A stretch of 64,000 nt of DNA. Source: the human T2T-CHM13v2.0 reference genome, Homo sapiens. Both the position numbers and the translations under genes were made by a program. Positions 41,482-53,750 of this stretch are shown here, one piece after another. Location: the NCBI RefSeq assembly GCF_009914755.1, contig NC_060929.1, one strand, 5' to 3'. Positions within the stretch are counted from its first letter, which is position 1, and each line of letters opens with the position of its first letter. The notes under the pieces were generated by a model that saw only the letters and a program-made list of their open reading frames with translations, was not told the origin of the DNA and searched no databases.

Positions 41482-43101
41482 TTTTTTTCCACTTTTATTT
41501 TAGGTTCAAGGTACACATGCAGGTTTGTTATATAGGTAAACTTGTGTCATGGAGGTTTGTTGTACAGATTATTTCATCACTCAGATACTAAGTCTAGTAA
41601 CCCAGTAGTCCTTTTTTCTGGTCCCCTCCCTTCTCCCAAACTCCAGCCTCATGTAGGCTCCAGTGTCTGCTGTTCCCCTCTTTGTGTCCACGTATTCTTT
41701 TCATTTACCTCCTACTTATAAGTGAGAATATGTGGTATTTATTTTTCTGTTCGTGCATTAGTTTACTAAAGATGATGGCCCCCTCCTCTATGCATGTTCC
41801 TGCAAAGGACATGATCTTGTTCTTTTTCATTACTGCATAGCATTATATGGTGTATATGTACCACATTTTCTTTATCCAGCTACCATTGATGGGCACTGAG
41901 GTTGATTCCATGTCTTTGTTATTGTGAATACTGCTGCATTGAACATACACATGCAGGTGTCTCTGTGGTAGAATAATATATTAATATATTTCTCTGGGTA
42001 TATATCCCAGTAATGGGATTGCTGGGTTGAATGGTAATTCTGTTTTTAGTTCTTTGAGGAACTGCCACACTGCTTTGCACAATGGTTGAACTAATTTACA
42101 CTCACACCAACAGTGTATGTGTGTTTCCTTTTCTCTGCAACCACACCAGCACCTGTTACTTTTTGACTTTTTAATAATAGTCACTTTGACTGGTGTGAGA
42201 TGGTATCACATTGTAGTTTTGATTTCCATTTCTCTAATGATCAGGGATAATGAGCTATTCTTCATATGCTTATTGGTTGCAGGTATGCCTTCTTTTGAAA
42301 AGTGTCCTTTACCCACTTTTTAACGGGGTTTTTTTTTCTTGTAAATTTGTTTATGTTCCTTATAGATGCTTAATAGTAGAACTTTGTCAGATGTATTGCT
42401 TGCAAATATTTTCTCCCATTCTGCAGTTTGTCTGTTTACTCTGTTCATAGTTTCTTTTGCTGTGCAGAATCTAAGTTTAGTTAGATCCCATTTGTCAATC
42501 AGAGATGACAGAAACAAGTGGAAAAGCACTCCATGCTCACAGATTGGAAGAACCAATATTATTAAACCAACCATACTGTGCAAAGAAATTTACAGATTCT
42601 ATGCTATTCCTGTCCAGCTGCCAATGACGTTCTTCAGAGAACTAGAAAAAAACTATTTTAAAATTCATACGGAACCAAAAGAGTCAAAAATAGCCAATGC
42701 AATCCTAAGCAAAAAGAAAAAAGCTGGATGCATCACGCTACTTGATTTCAAACTATACTACAGGGCTACAATAACCAAAACAGCATAGTACTGGTGCAAA
42801 AACAGACACATAGACCGATGGAATAGAAATAAGGCCATGCAACTACAACCATCCGATCTTTGACAAAGCTGATAAAAATAGGCAATGGGGAAAGACTCTA
42901 TTCAATAAATGGTGCTGGGATAACTGGCTAGCCATATGCAGAAGATTGAAATTGGATTCCTTCCTTACACCATATACAAAAATCAACTCAAGATGGATAA
43001 AAGGCTTAAATGTAAAAATCTCAGACCATAAAAACCCTGGAAGACAACCTAGGCAATAAAATACTAGACATAGAAACTGGGAAAGATTTCTTGATGAAGA
43101 C
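41482..43101 (-). mobile_element. L1PA13-15-like element with twin-priming inversion (minus ~41482-42499; plus ~42497-43101)
   Basis: 3' UTR 'ggtttgttgtacagattatttcatcac'; switch at tttgtcAAT|cagagatgac with AAT microhomology; degenerate TSD tgaaggtaactttt / tgaagacaattttt. Confidence 0.88.
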
Positions 43102-43935
43102 AATTTTTAATTAAACATATGCCTGATATTTGACCCAGAAATTACCTTACTAGAAATCTATCCTAAAAAAATTTCTGCCATCTGATATATCTATAAGTTT
43201 ATTTACTTCTGCTTTGCTTTTAATTGCAAAGAGCTGGAGCAATCCGAAAGTCTTTCAACAGATGACTAGTTAAATAAGTAATAATATATTCATACAATGA
43301 AATATAATGCAGGTCTTAAAAGTGAAACAAATCTTAGTATACAGCTAATACAGAGATATCTAAAGATTCAATTAAGATTATTTTTAAAGGGGGCAAAAGA
43401 GTGATTATAGGATGTGCCTAATTATATATCTATATTTTAAAAGGTATAATTAGAAAACATAATTGTGTGTATATGTGCATATTTTTGGGAAATAGAATTG
43501 AATATTAGGTTGGGAAAGAGACTAGCTTTTCATTCTATCTGCCATGTATGGTTTGACTTTGAAAATTGTTAGATGATTTTTCATTATTTACTTTTACTAA
43601 ATACATAAATTACATTACAATAATTAAATCTGAATAATTCTATTAGAATTATACAATAATATACTTGAAAATTAAGAAAATAGTGATATATTCAGTAATT
43701 TTTGGAACAAAAGTAAAGGCCAACTTTTTCCAAAGTATGTTTTGTAGAAACGTAATCTTGGAAATGATGTTAAAACAACAACGAAAACAGACATAACAAC
43801 TACAACAAAAAAGTGTTCTTCAGTCAAAATAATTAGAAACACCAGAAATTCTGCCTCAAACAGCAAATTATGTGTATTCAAATATTAAAGCCTCTTACAA
43901 ATCTTGCAGTAAAGAAACTTTTCTGGTTAACCAAA

Positions 43936-44308
43936 TGTATTAGTCCATTTTCATACTGCTGTAAAGATACTATCTGACACTGGGTAATTTATAAAGGAAA
44001 GAGATTTAATTGACTCACAGTTCCACATGGCTGGGGAGATCTCAGGAAACTTACGGTCATGATGGAAGGGGAAGTAGGCACCTCTTACATATCGGTAGGT
44101 GAGAGAAAGCGTGTGTGAAAGAACTGTCAAAGACTTATAAAACCATCAGATCTTATGAGGACTCACTCGCTATCATGAGAGCAGCATGGGGGAAACTGCT
44201 CCCATGATCCAATCACCTCCCACCAGGTCCCTCCCTTGACACGTGGGGATTCTGGGGATTGTAATTTGAGATGAGATTTGCGTGGGAACACAGAGTCAAA
44301 CCATATCG
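43936..44308 (-). mobile_element. THE1 (THE1D-like) MaLR solo LTR
   Basis: tgtattagtccattttc...aaaccatatc(g); TSD ccaaa/ccaag. Confidence 0.88.
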
Positions 44309-46099
44309 CCAAGAATTTTCCAAACATGTATTCATCTTTCATTTGTCACCTATTAATATCTTACAAATCATACTTGTAAAATCCATTTAGAACTGTACCA
44401 GAGGCAATGAATGCAATCATTTTAGCTATGTTTAAGAATGGTGCCAAAATACTCATTTCAGACTAGGCTGTCAGAAATTCTGGGAGTAAGGCAGCTTGGC
44501 CACATCCCTAGATGCCATGGTCCTTCTCTGTCTCTCTGGGAAGTAATCTAATACTGAGAGGGGTGTGCTGACCTCACCTGGAGGATGTGTATAAGGATAG
44601 AATTCTGAGATCTGTGCTTGAGAGAGCAGTAGCTGCTACAGGACTTTTCTCTCTTTGGTAACAAGCAAAAACCAAGATACTTTTGGTGGATAAGGATTAC
44701 TTTTCCCAGAAGCTGGGCAAAAGTCTTATTTGAATACTTCAAGTTGCAGAATCCTTTGGAAAGGGGCTGCCCTATGGACTTGCTTTTGGTGGCATTGTTT
44801 GTTCATGCCAGTGCTGTTAGAACTAGTGGGTCACTGCTCCACTGATCTGAATTGTTCCCAGCTCCTGCAGTTGGAAGAGATGCAGTTGGCATGCAGGGAG
44901 ACCTTGGAGAATAGAAACTTCTTCGACAGGAGTTTCTATCAACAAGGGTTAGGGTTCATAGGTTAAAGACTTTCCCATTTATCATTTTTTCTTTTTATTT
45001 TTCTGGCAGAAAACACCTGCATATTTACTTGTGACAATCTAATAAAACTAGGAATCAAAAATAAAATGTAACATATTGGAAATTAAGAAACAGTAATGAG
45101 TAACACCTGAATTAAAGAGAAACTGAAAATAAAATTTACTATAAGACATTCAAAGGTTGCATTTATGAGAAACTTTATAACCTGAATGCTTAAATTATTT
45201 CAGAATTATGGGGGATATAATTGAATAGTAAAGACAAATGCCTGCATGTAAGACAGGTTTGATTTTTTTTTGTTCTACACAATTATCTCTCATAAATGAA
45301 TCATTATATATTTGAGTTCTTACAAAGTATCTCAAATTATGTGTCATGCTCTCAGTATGTTTTAAGCAATGATTATCTAGTTGAGGAGGACATATTAGCC
45401 TTAAATGATAGCCCTCAAGGCAGTTTGGGATGCTTTGGGATGCTTATCAAGTTTACCTGACAGGGTTGACTAACGAAGATAGCAAATAAATTGAACAAAG
45501 ATTTGGTAATTATTCCAGTGCAAATTATTTTGTATTTATAGGTTTTGTATTTAATGAGAAACATGAATTTTTAGAATTGTTCAGAGTGAAAATATACTGG
45601 TTACATTTCCGACATAATAAAAAATATGTTTTTAGAGGAAATGAGAAAAAAACTGTCTTATGCCATGCAAACGAGATTTAACTGTGTGAGGAAACACCAG
45701 GGACCATGAGCTGTGGATTGAAAAGGTGCTGCATCTTAAACAACTTAGGCCATGTGAAGATTAAGTGCATTATGAAAAAGTACTCAGTGACTCATCAAGT
45801 GGAACTAGTGGCAAAAAATATTGATATCAAAGATGCATATAAAGAATTCAAATAAAATTGCTTCAAAAATATAAGAGAAGAGTGATATTCCTAAACAAAT
45901 ACATGTTTCTAACTCCTGTTAGACAAAATGGAAACCTAGAATTTGTTATGGGTCCCTCCCTTACCCCTGCCATGGGTATTTCACCAAAGAGGAAAAGTTA
46001 TAGGTTAAAAAAAAAAAAAAAACACGCCAATTTTGCCAAGCCAAATGAATGCCAAATGAATGCCAAATGAGAGAAGGAATTCTTAAACAGGACACAAAA

Positions 46100-47747
46100 C
46101 ACACTGTGAAAAAACAAAGCATGATATATTGAACAATAGTAAAATTAATTTTAATCAATTGGCATTTTCAGAATAATAAAAGGGCAAAAAGTGAAAAAAG
46201 AGGATATTTGTGACAAAAACTGACCAAGCACTCATATTTAAATATTCAAGGAATGTTTACAATTCAATAACAGATGACCCAATGTAAAATGGACAATAAG
46301 CACTTCAAAATAAAGAAAATATCTAATAACAATAAACTTATGAAAATGTTATCAAAATTAGAGAAATGGATACTAATTTAATGTAATTTTCCAAGATGAA
46401 AAATTACTACACACTCTCCAGAATGTCTAAAATTAAAAGATAAAAAATACCAAGTATTGGCACGAATTTGAGCAACTGGCAATCTCACATGCTGCTGCTG
46501 TAGAATACAGTAATCTGCTACAATCTGCTGCTGTAGAATACAGCAAACTGCTACAATCACTTTAAATTGTTTTGCATTATCTTCTATATTTGACTACTAT
46601 ATATCGCATAACATAACAATTTCACACTCAAGTAATTATTCAGCACAAATTCATGAACATGTACCTAAAGCATAGATATAAAAATGTTTATACTCCCAAA
46701 GCAAAAGCAACCCAAAGTCTGTCAATTATAGAATAAATAAGTAGTGTTTTAGTCACACAATAAATACTGTAAAACAATTAAAATGAACAATCTACAACTG
46801 TGTTCAACCACATGGATGAATTTTATAAACCAAAATTTTAGTGAAAGGAGCCAAATACAAAACAACACATACTCTATGATTCATTTTTGTATAGTTGAAA
46901 ACAGACAAAACAAGTCTATTGTGTTAGAAGTCAGTGTAGTGAGTAACATTTGCTTTGGAGTACTGGGGTGCTGATTTGGACAGTGCAGGAGGAGGTGGTG
47001 GTGATGCTCAATTTCTTGAGCAGATTGATTGTTACCTTGGTTAGTTCAATTTGTGCTCATGATTTATATACTTTTCTCTTACTTTTCATCTAAAAAATTA
47101 AAAGTGGATTAAAACCTAAATGAATATAATAAATCTTTAAAATATTTAAAAGAATATGTAATTTTTGTAATATTTAAAGATACTTATGGATAAAGGTATA
47201 ATAACCAAAAAAGGGTACTTAGAAGCCACAAAGGAAATACAAAGCATTCTTTACTAATAAAAAATAACTTTTCTATGGCAAATATCTCTATAAACAAATT
47301 CTAATGAAACATGCTACACCAGGGTATTTGTTCCACACAAAATTAAGTCTTACTCTTTCTGATGCATATAAACCACAAAGCCTAATAAGCTAATCATAGA
47401 GCCTAACAGAAAAATGGACAATAGAAAATGGCAATAATTCGTGAAAGAAATATTGCAAAAGTCAGTAAGCATAAAATATTTCTCAACCTCACTGATAGGA
47501 GGATACAAATTAAACGGTTCAAGAAGAAATTACAGTATAATTTGGGTAGTAGTAAATAATCTTTTGATATTTATTAAGAGCAACACATCTATTCTTTGAC
47601 CTTGCAAACACACTTTTGAAAATCATAAAAAGTAAAATCATAAAAATATGTGTTCAAGTGTTTTCATTTCAGCACTGTTGCCTGTGACAAAATGTTGTAG
47701 TGGACAGAACCCCTGAATATCCTCCTCTGTCTCTCTTTTTCTGTCTC

Positions 47748-47789
<42 letters not shown>

Positions 47790-48050
47790 TTGAATAAATC
47801 ATACTTATAGAATACTATGTAGCTATTAAAACAAATGTGTTAATCATCAAGCTGACCTGGATGGTTGTCAGGGATACATAGTCTACCTAAAAAAGCAAAT
47901 TGCAGGAGTCTTGTTTTATTATGAAAAAAATTTAAGTGCAGCAACAGAAAAAATTCAAAATGCATATATGCGAATATATGTTTGTAAATACTTATAAGCA
48001 GACATAAATATGTGGAAGAAAACACATCAGGTTGTTAGCATGATTCCCTG
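46100..48050 (+). mobile_element. L1ME-type 3' fragments, with a 33-bp duplication at 46493-46558 and (TC)n(CA)n at ~47727-47790
   Basis: 'acaactgtgttcaaccacatggatgaattttataaac...gtgaaaggagccaaatacaaaacaacacatactctatgattc'. Confidence 0.65.
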
Positions 48051-48848
48051 AGATAGGGTTTTTTTATTTTTAATTTTTTTTCCTGTGACTCATTGGTGTC
48101 TTTATGAAAGACTAATGTGGACATTTGGAATTGATAAATTTTATTATCATCTAGAAAAACATATCATATTTTGAAGAACTCTTTTCATAGCTGTTGAATC
48201 TTCTTGATGACAGTTTTACTTTATTTGGTATGCTTGATGCTACATCTACTTCACATTTTTATGACAACTTTTTAATAAACATCTTTGAAGCACTTTCTTA
48301 ATCTTTCTCAATTCTTGCTGGCTTGACCAGAAAGAGCACTTTTTCTGGAAGTGTGAAATCAGACACTTACTTAAGGAGGTGTATTTTGGTGATAATTTCT
48401 TTTTGTCACACAAAAGTTGTGATGGTTAGAGATACCATATAAATGCCTTGTCTTTCAATTTAAATAAAAGTATAATTAGAACCAATGTCATTTTAACAGT
48501 TTTAAACAGGCGTATTCTGTTTGTTATCTATATCTATTTAACCATAAATTAGATCCATATCACTTGTGGGTTTTCAAAGATTTTTTTTTCATTCTTTTCA
48601 TTCTTTGGGCAGCTAAAATCTAGGATGGTGTTAAGTTTCTTCATTTTGTCAATTATATATAAAAAATTAGAAACAACATGAATCTGCATTTCTTGGATGA
48701 GATAGTTAATAACAAACTATTTCTCAATATTTGTATACTAAAAACTAGTGAAGGTGTTATGTGTTTCAGTATCTTATCTCTTATTTGAACATGGGTTTCT
48801 GAAAGGAGCCTATATAATAATATAAATGGTATGTAGTAAATGAGGCAC

Positions 48849-49148
48849 TGTCTTGGCTGGGACTGCTATAAAAAAATTACCATAGACCATTGACTAAACC
48901 ACAAACATATACTTCTCACAGTTCTGGAAGTTGGAAAGCCAAGATGAGGATGCCAGTATGGCTAGCTTCTAGTGAGGGTCCTCTTGCAGGTTGCAGACAG
49001 CCGGCTTCTTGGCTCCTCACATGGCAGGAAGAAGGTGCGCAAGCTCTCTGGCCTCTTCTTACAAGGGCATTAATTACCTTCTGAAGGCTCCACCTCCAAA
49101 CACCATCACATTGCTGACTGGGGGGACATAAACATTCAGTTCGTAACA
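48849..49148 (-). mobile_element. MST/MLT1A-type MaLR solo LTR
   Basis: 'ctcacagttctggaagttggaaagccaagatgagg...ggggacataaacattcagttcgtaaca'; TSD ggcac/ggtac. Confidence 0.8.
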
Positions 49149-50329
49149 GGTACCCTTAACTGTTTCTTGTAGCTTGCATTCTAATTACGATCATCATCAT
49201 CACCTCAACGTTTGATGACAGGAAGAAACTTTTCCTTGGTTGAAGAATTTATCAACAGTTCAGAAGTTACTAATAAAAATACTATTTTACTTGCAATTTG
49301 ATCTCTTTCAAAATGGATCACGTTTAGATCACAGTCTTCAGAATTATTAACATGTATGCCTTTTTTAGAGAGTTGATTTTAATGCATTAATAGATTTTAA
49401 ATAATATATATGTATTTACTTATTTCGAGTCATTGATAAATTTGCAAAATTGTTTCTTAGGGCTTAGGATTCAAAGTATGGTAACAAAATAAAGCTGAGC
49501 AGTACAGTAAATGCACATTGGGTGATATTTCACTAACTAAACAAACCTTATTTACTACTTGTATTGCTTAGGTTTAAACACAAGAACATTACAAATGGTT
49601 TTAAAACTCATAATGATTCAAAATCTTAAAAGGAAAAAAAATGCACAAACCTTCCATTAACTTCCTTGTCATTTTTTAATGTTTTTCTCTTCTTATGTTT
49701 TTCTACTGTTGGGCAAGGTGGGAAATGTGTATTCTGACATATAGACTCTAGTGGTAAAGAAAAAAACATTGCTATTAAAAAAAAAACAGAAAAAAAACAA
49801 TAAAAAGAAAGAAAAAAGAAGATCATTTTTGTTAATTTGTAGTATAAGTTGAATTAAATGTGCTACCCAGTAGCATACAAAATCAATTTTTAAAAATTGA
49901 GCACTAGAAATACAAAGGGAAATAGTTCCTTCCAGACTAGGACTTTAGATTCAAAGACAATATCTTTAAGCATACTGATCTCATATTACAAAGAACATGA
50001 AGGAGTTATTTTAAGAAAAAAGAAATAAAACTGTCAATTCCTTCACAAAGGAAAAATTTATATGTAATTTAAAAACAAATTAAACAACTACTTTAAAATA
50101 TGCTATTTGTTCAATCTCAAGCCTTTTTAATCCAAAAAGGGTTTTGAAATCAGGTGAATAAAAATATATATATATAGAATATATAAACAATGCAGATGTT
50201 AAACTGTAGGACAATGAAAGTTTAAAGAGTTAGAGAGACAGGAAATAAACATGGTAATAAACACATTACTAGAATATTCATCTTAAAGATACCTACATCA
50301 TTGTTCATGAAGTTGACCTTCTTAGTTCT

Positions 50330-51119
50330 TTTTTTTTTTTTTAACTTTCATTTTAAGTTCAGGGGTACACATGAAGTTTTGTTATATAAGAAAACTCATG
50401 TCACAGGGGTTTGTTGTACAGATTATTTTATCACCCAGGTAATAAGCCTAGTACCCAGCAGTTATTTTTTCTACTCCTCTCCCTCCTCCCACCCTTAACC
50501 CTCAAGTAGACCTGTGTCTGTTGTCCCTTTCTTTGTGTTCATGAGTTCTCATCATTCAGCTCCCACTTATAAGTGAGAACATGAGGTATCTGGTCTTCTG
50601 TTAGTTTCCTAAGGCACCTTAGTTTGCTAAGGTAACATGAGGTATTTGGGCTTCTGTTAGTTTGCTTCTATTAGTTTGCTAAGGATAACAGCCTCCACCT
50701 CCATCCATGTTCTCGCAAAAGGCATGTCTTATTCTTTTTTATGGCTGCATAGTATTCCATGGCACATATGTACCACATTTTCTTTATCCAACCTGTCATT
50801 GATGAGCATTTAGGTTGATTCCATGTCTTTGCTATTGTGAATAGTGCTGCGATGAACATAAGTGTGCATGTGTCTTTATGGTAAAATGATTTATATTCCT
50901 CTGGTATATACTCAGTAATAGGATTGCTGGATTGAATGGTAGTTTTGTTTTTAGCTCTTTGAGGAATTGCCACACTGCTTTCTGAAATGGTTGAACTAAT
51001 TTACACCACCACCAACAGTGTGTAAGTGTTCCATTTTCTCCACAACCTCGTGATGATCTGTTATTTTTTGACTTTTATTAATGATAGCCATTCTGACTGA
51101 TGTGAGATGGTATCTCACT
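50330..51119 (-). mobile_element. L1PA13-16-like 5'-truncated copy
   Basis: Poly(T); ORF 50671-50973 matches the ORF2 C-terminus; TSD gttga(c/t)cttctta(g/c)ttct at 50312-50329 and 51120-51137. Confidence 0.9.
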
Positions 51120-53349
51120 GTTGATCTTCTTACTTCTACTAAATATCTGAGGAATTATTTTAGGTCTCCAAATCATGTCTGTTATTCTTTCAGCTGCCAA
51201 TAATAGCAGCTAACTTACTATGCTTCATTTTAATAACTAGATAATTGGCCTCCTGGAATAATATTTAACTGGTCCATTTTAAGATCCACTGTGAAGTCAT
51301 TTCCAGTCATTTCGAAAGTATAAACATTTGCTCACTTGTAAACTTCTTCAAAGCTTGGGCAAGAACACCAAGCATGTCAAAGTTCTTGTTTCTTCCCATC
51401 TCTGACTTCAAAAACATATAAAAAAAAAGATGGGAATTAATATTCAGCATGACTTGGGTGATATTTAACCTCTGAATCAGTTTAGCTTCATTTGTTTAAG
51501 TTTATAATAATACAATAAGCATAAAAGTTTCAGATCTTAACCCAATAATCTTTAGTGACATTACACTTCATAGTCTTGCTTCAGCTCTTTATGTAATCAT
51601 CTCGTATGATTTTCTTGTATTTGTTTTCAAAATATTATTTGGCAACCCAAGCCTCTTGCCTAAATAACATATTTTCTATTTAGTGCATACCATGGAAAAA
51701 ATGTCTTTAAAGATCAAAGGCCAAAAACTACACACAAAACAGTAATAAATTAAAAAATAATTTTACAATACTCATACCCTAGAAAGACAAGCTCACCTGA
51801 TTCACAGATTCAGGTGAATTTGGTATTACAAAATAATTATTACTATTCTTCACTTGGCTGTAGTTCTGGGGGCAAGACCCTATCTGGCAATTGTTCCAGT
51901 ACAAAAGGGGAATGGTAGCAGGTTAGGGGATGGGATAGATGTCACCAAAACCAGAGAAATGAGCAGATCCCAGAGTGTGTGAGTAACTAAGTCCAAAAGC
52001 TTGGAAGGAGATGTTCACCAAACCAAGTGGGTTAGAAACAGATGTAGAAATTGAGCTAAAGTGCCAGAAATCCAGGAAATCAGAGGATGATAGTAATTGC
52101 AAGCAGGTCCAGAGAGAAAACAGAGGTTTTTGGTGTAAAATGGCGTATGGTTTGCAGCCCATGATCCAGCTGGGCTCAACTTTTCACAAACATATCTGTG
52201 AAGGCACAGGAAGATCACAAAAGTCAGAACGCTGTAAACCAGAACTGACAATTAACCTTTTGCAAGTATCTATGAGAAATTTTCATAAACTAGAAAGTAA
52301 AAGACTTGAGTTGAAAATTGCGATAGGTATTTCAACCTTGCTTTACTTAATTAGGAGTAGGTAAATTTTTCTCTTTCCTGCTATTTCCCTGGTCCAAAAA
52401 TAAATCTGCATCAATCAGAAAACTAGGCAAATATCTTTTTACTCTGGGGAGCTATATTTTGAAATTCATCTTCCTGCCCCTTAACCCATGATTATTATTA
52501 CCATGACAACCCCTTTTCATACATATGTTTGGAGATTACAGAAAACAATGTTATAAAGTGTGTGTGTGGGGGGGGGGGTGAGGAGTTGTCTAGTGATGAT
52601 GTACAACATTCTAAAAGGTATAATCCACACAAATTAAGTGTTATGGAAATATAGTAATGAGAAAGAACTGAGAACATTGAACACTCTAAATTTTGAAAGC
52701 ACTTCATTTATTCTGAGTGCTGCAAAATTAGGCAAAACTAGGTACCGGAGGCCCTATCTCTGATCAGTAGCACATCACTGGCTATCTGTTAATGGATATT
52801 GGGCTAAGAGTTATGTACTTCAGCATGTGTTTTGGTTGTAGATGTGGGAGATAAGCATATGTTTGCAAGTACATAGAGCTTAGGGTCAATGGCGCTCAAT
52901 CAATGAAATTTGGGATATGCAAGATAAGTATATGGTGAAAAGAATATTTTTTTCAGTAAGGCATTGACTGGAGTTACTCAAGTCACCTCAATGAGGCAAG
53001 GTCCCATATAAGTTTTGCAACTATTCACAGCTTTCTAACCCCCACTAAGAATGAGGTATTTGAGGCAAAGGACCCTCTGTATCACTTTCCCTAGGCCACT
53101 GTTGGTATTTTGAGAATGTGAATGAGGCAGCAGTCCCACATTTTTATTTTAAATTTTCTGATTGCCACAAAAAGTAGTAGCTAATTAATTATTTTACTTG
53201 TATTTGAAATAATGATCAATGTAGGGGTGAGATTTGGGAAGCAGAATGGACAAGCATAAGCATAGATTCAGCCTGTCTTCTCCACGAATAATATTGATCT
53301 CACCATGTGGTTTAAAGGTGGACGTGAAAACAATCTTTTTCCAGATATT

Positions 53350-53750
53350 TATTATTTTCTTTTTCTTTTGTCTTTTTTTTGCTATGTTTAAGGTCTACAG
53401 TAATGTTTTGATATACATAAATAGTAAAACGATACCTACGGAAGCAAATTAACATATCCATAACTTCACATAGTAATTTTTTTTTGGTTTGGAGTGAGAG
53501 CACCTAAAATCCATATTCTCTTAGCAAATTTCCATTTACACAAAACAATATTGTTGACTATATCCTCATGCTGTGCGTTAGATTTCCAGATTTACTCACA
53601 CTATGTAACTGCAACTCTACCCTTTGACTTATCTCTCCCCTTTCCCTTCACCCTGGTAACCACAGGTCTACTATTTCCGCATATTCAACTGTTTTGTTTT
53701 GTTTCATTATATTTTTATATTTACATATATAAGTGAGGTGATGCAATATT
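53350..53750 (-). mobile_element. L1MA (MA8/9-like) 3' end
   Basis: 'aagcaaattaacatatccataacttcacatagt...gagagcacctaaaatc...catatataagtgaggtgatgcaatattt'. Confidence 0.75.

Noticed and set aside
46040-46558. 11-bp x~3 (GCCAAATGAAT) and 33-bp x2 tandem duplications
   Set aside because: Real, but routine slippage events in or near old L1
52011-52364. 117-aa ATG ORF
   Set aside because: No recognisable homology; purine-rich and possibly an ancient repeat; no promoter or CpG island
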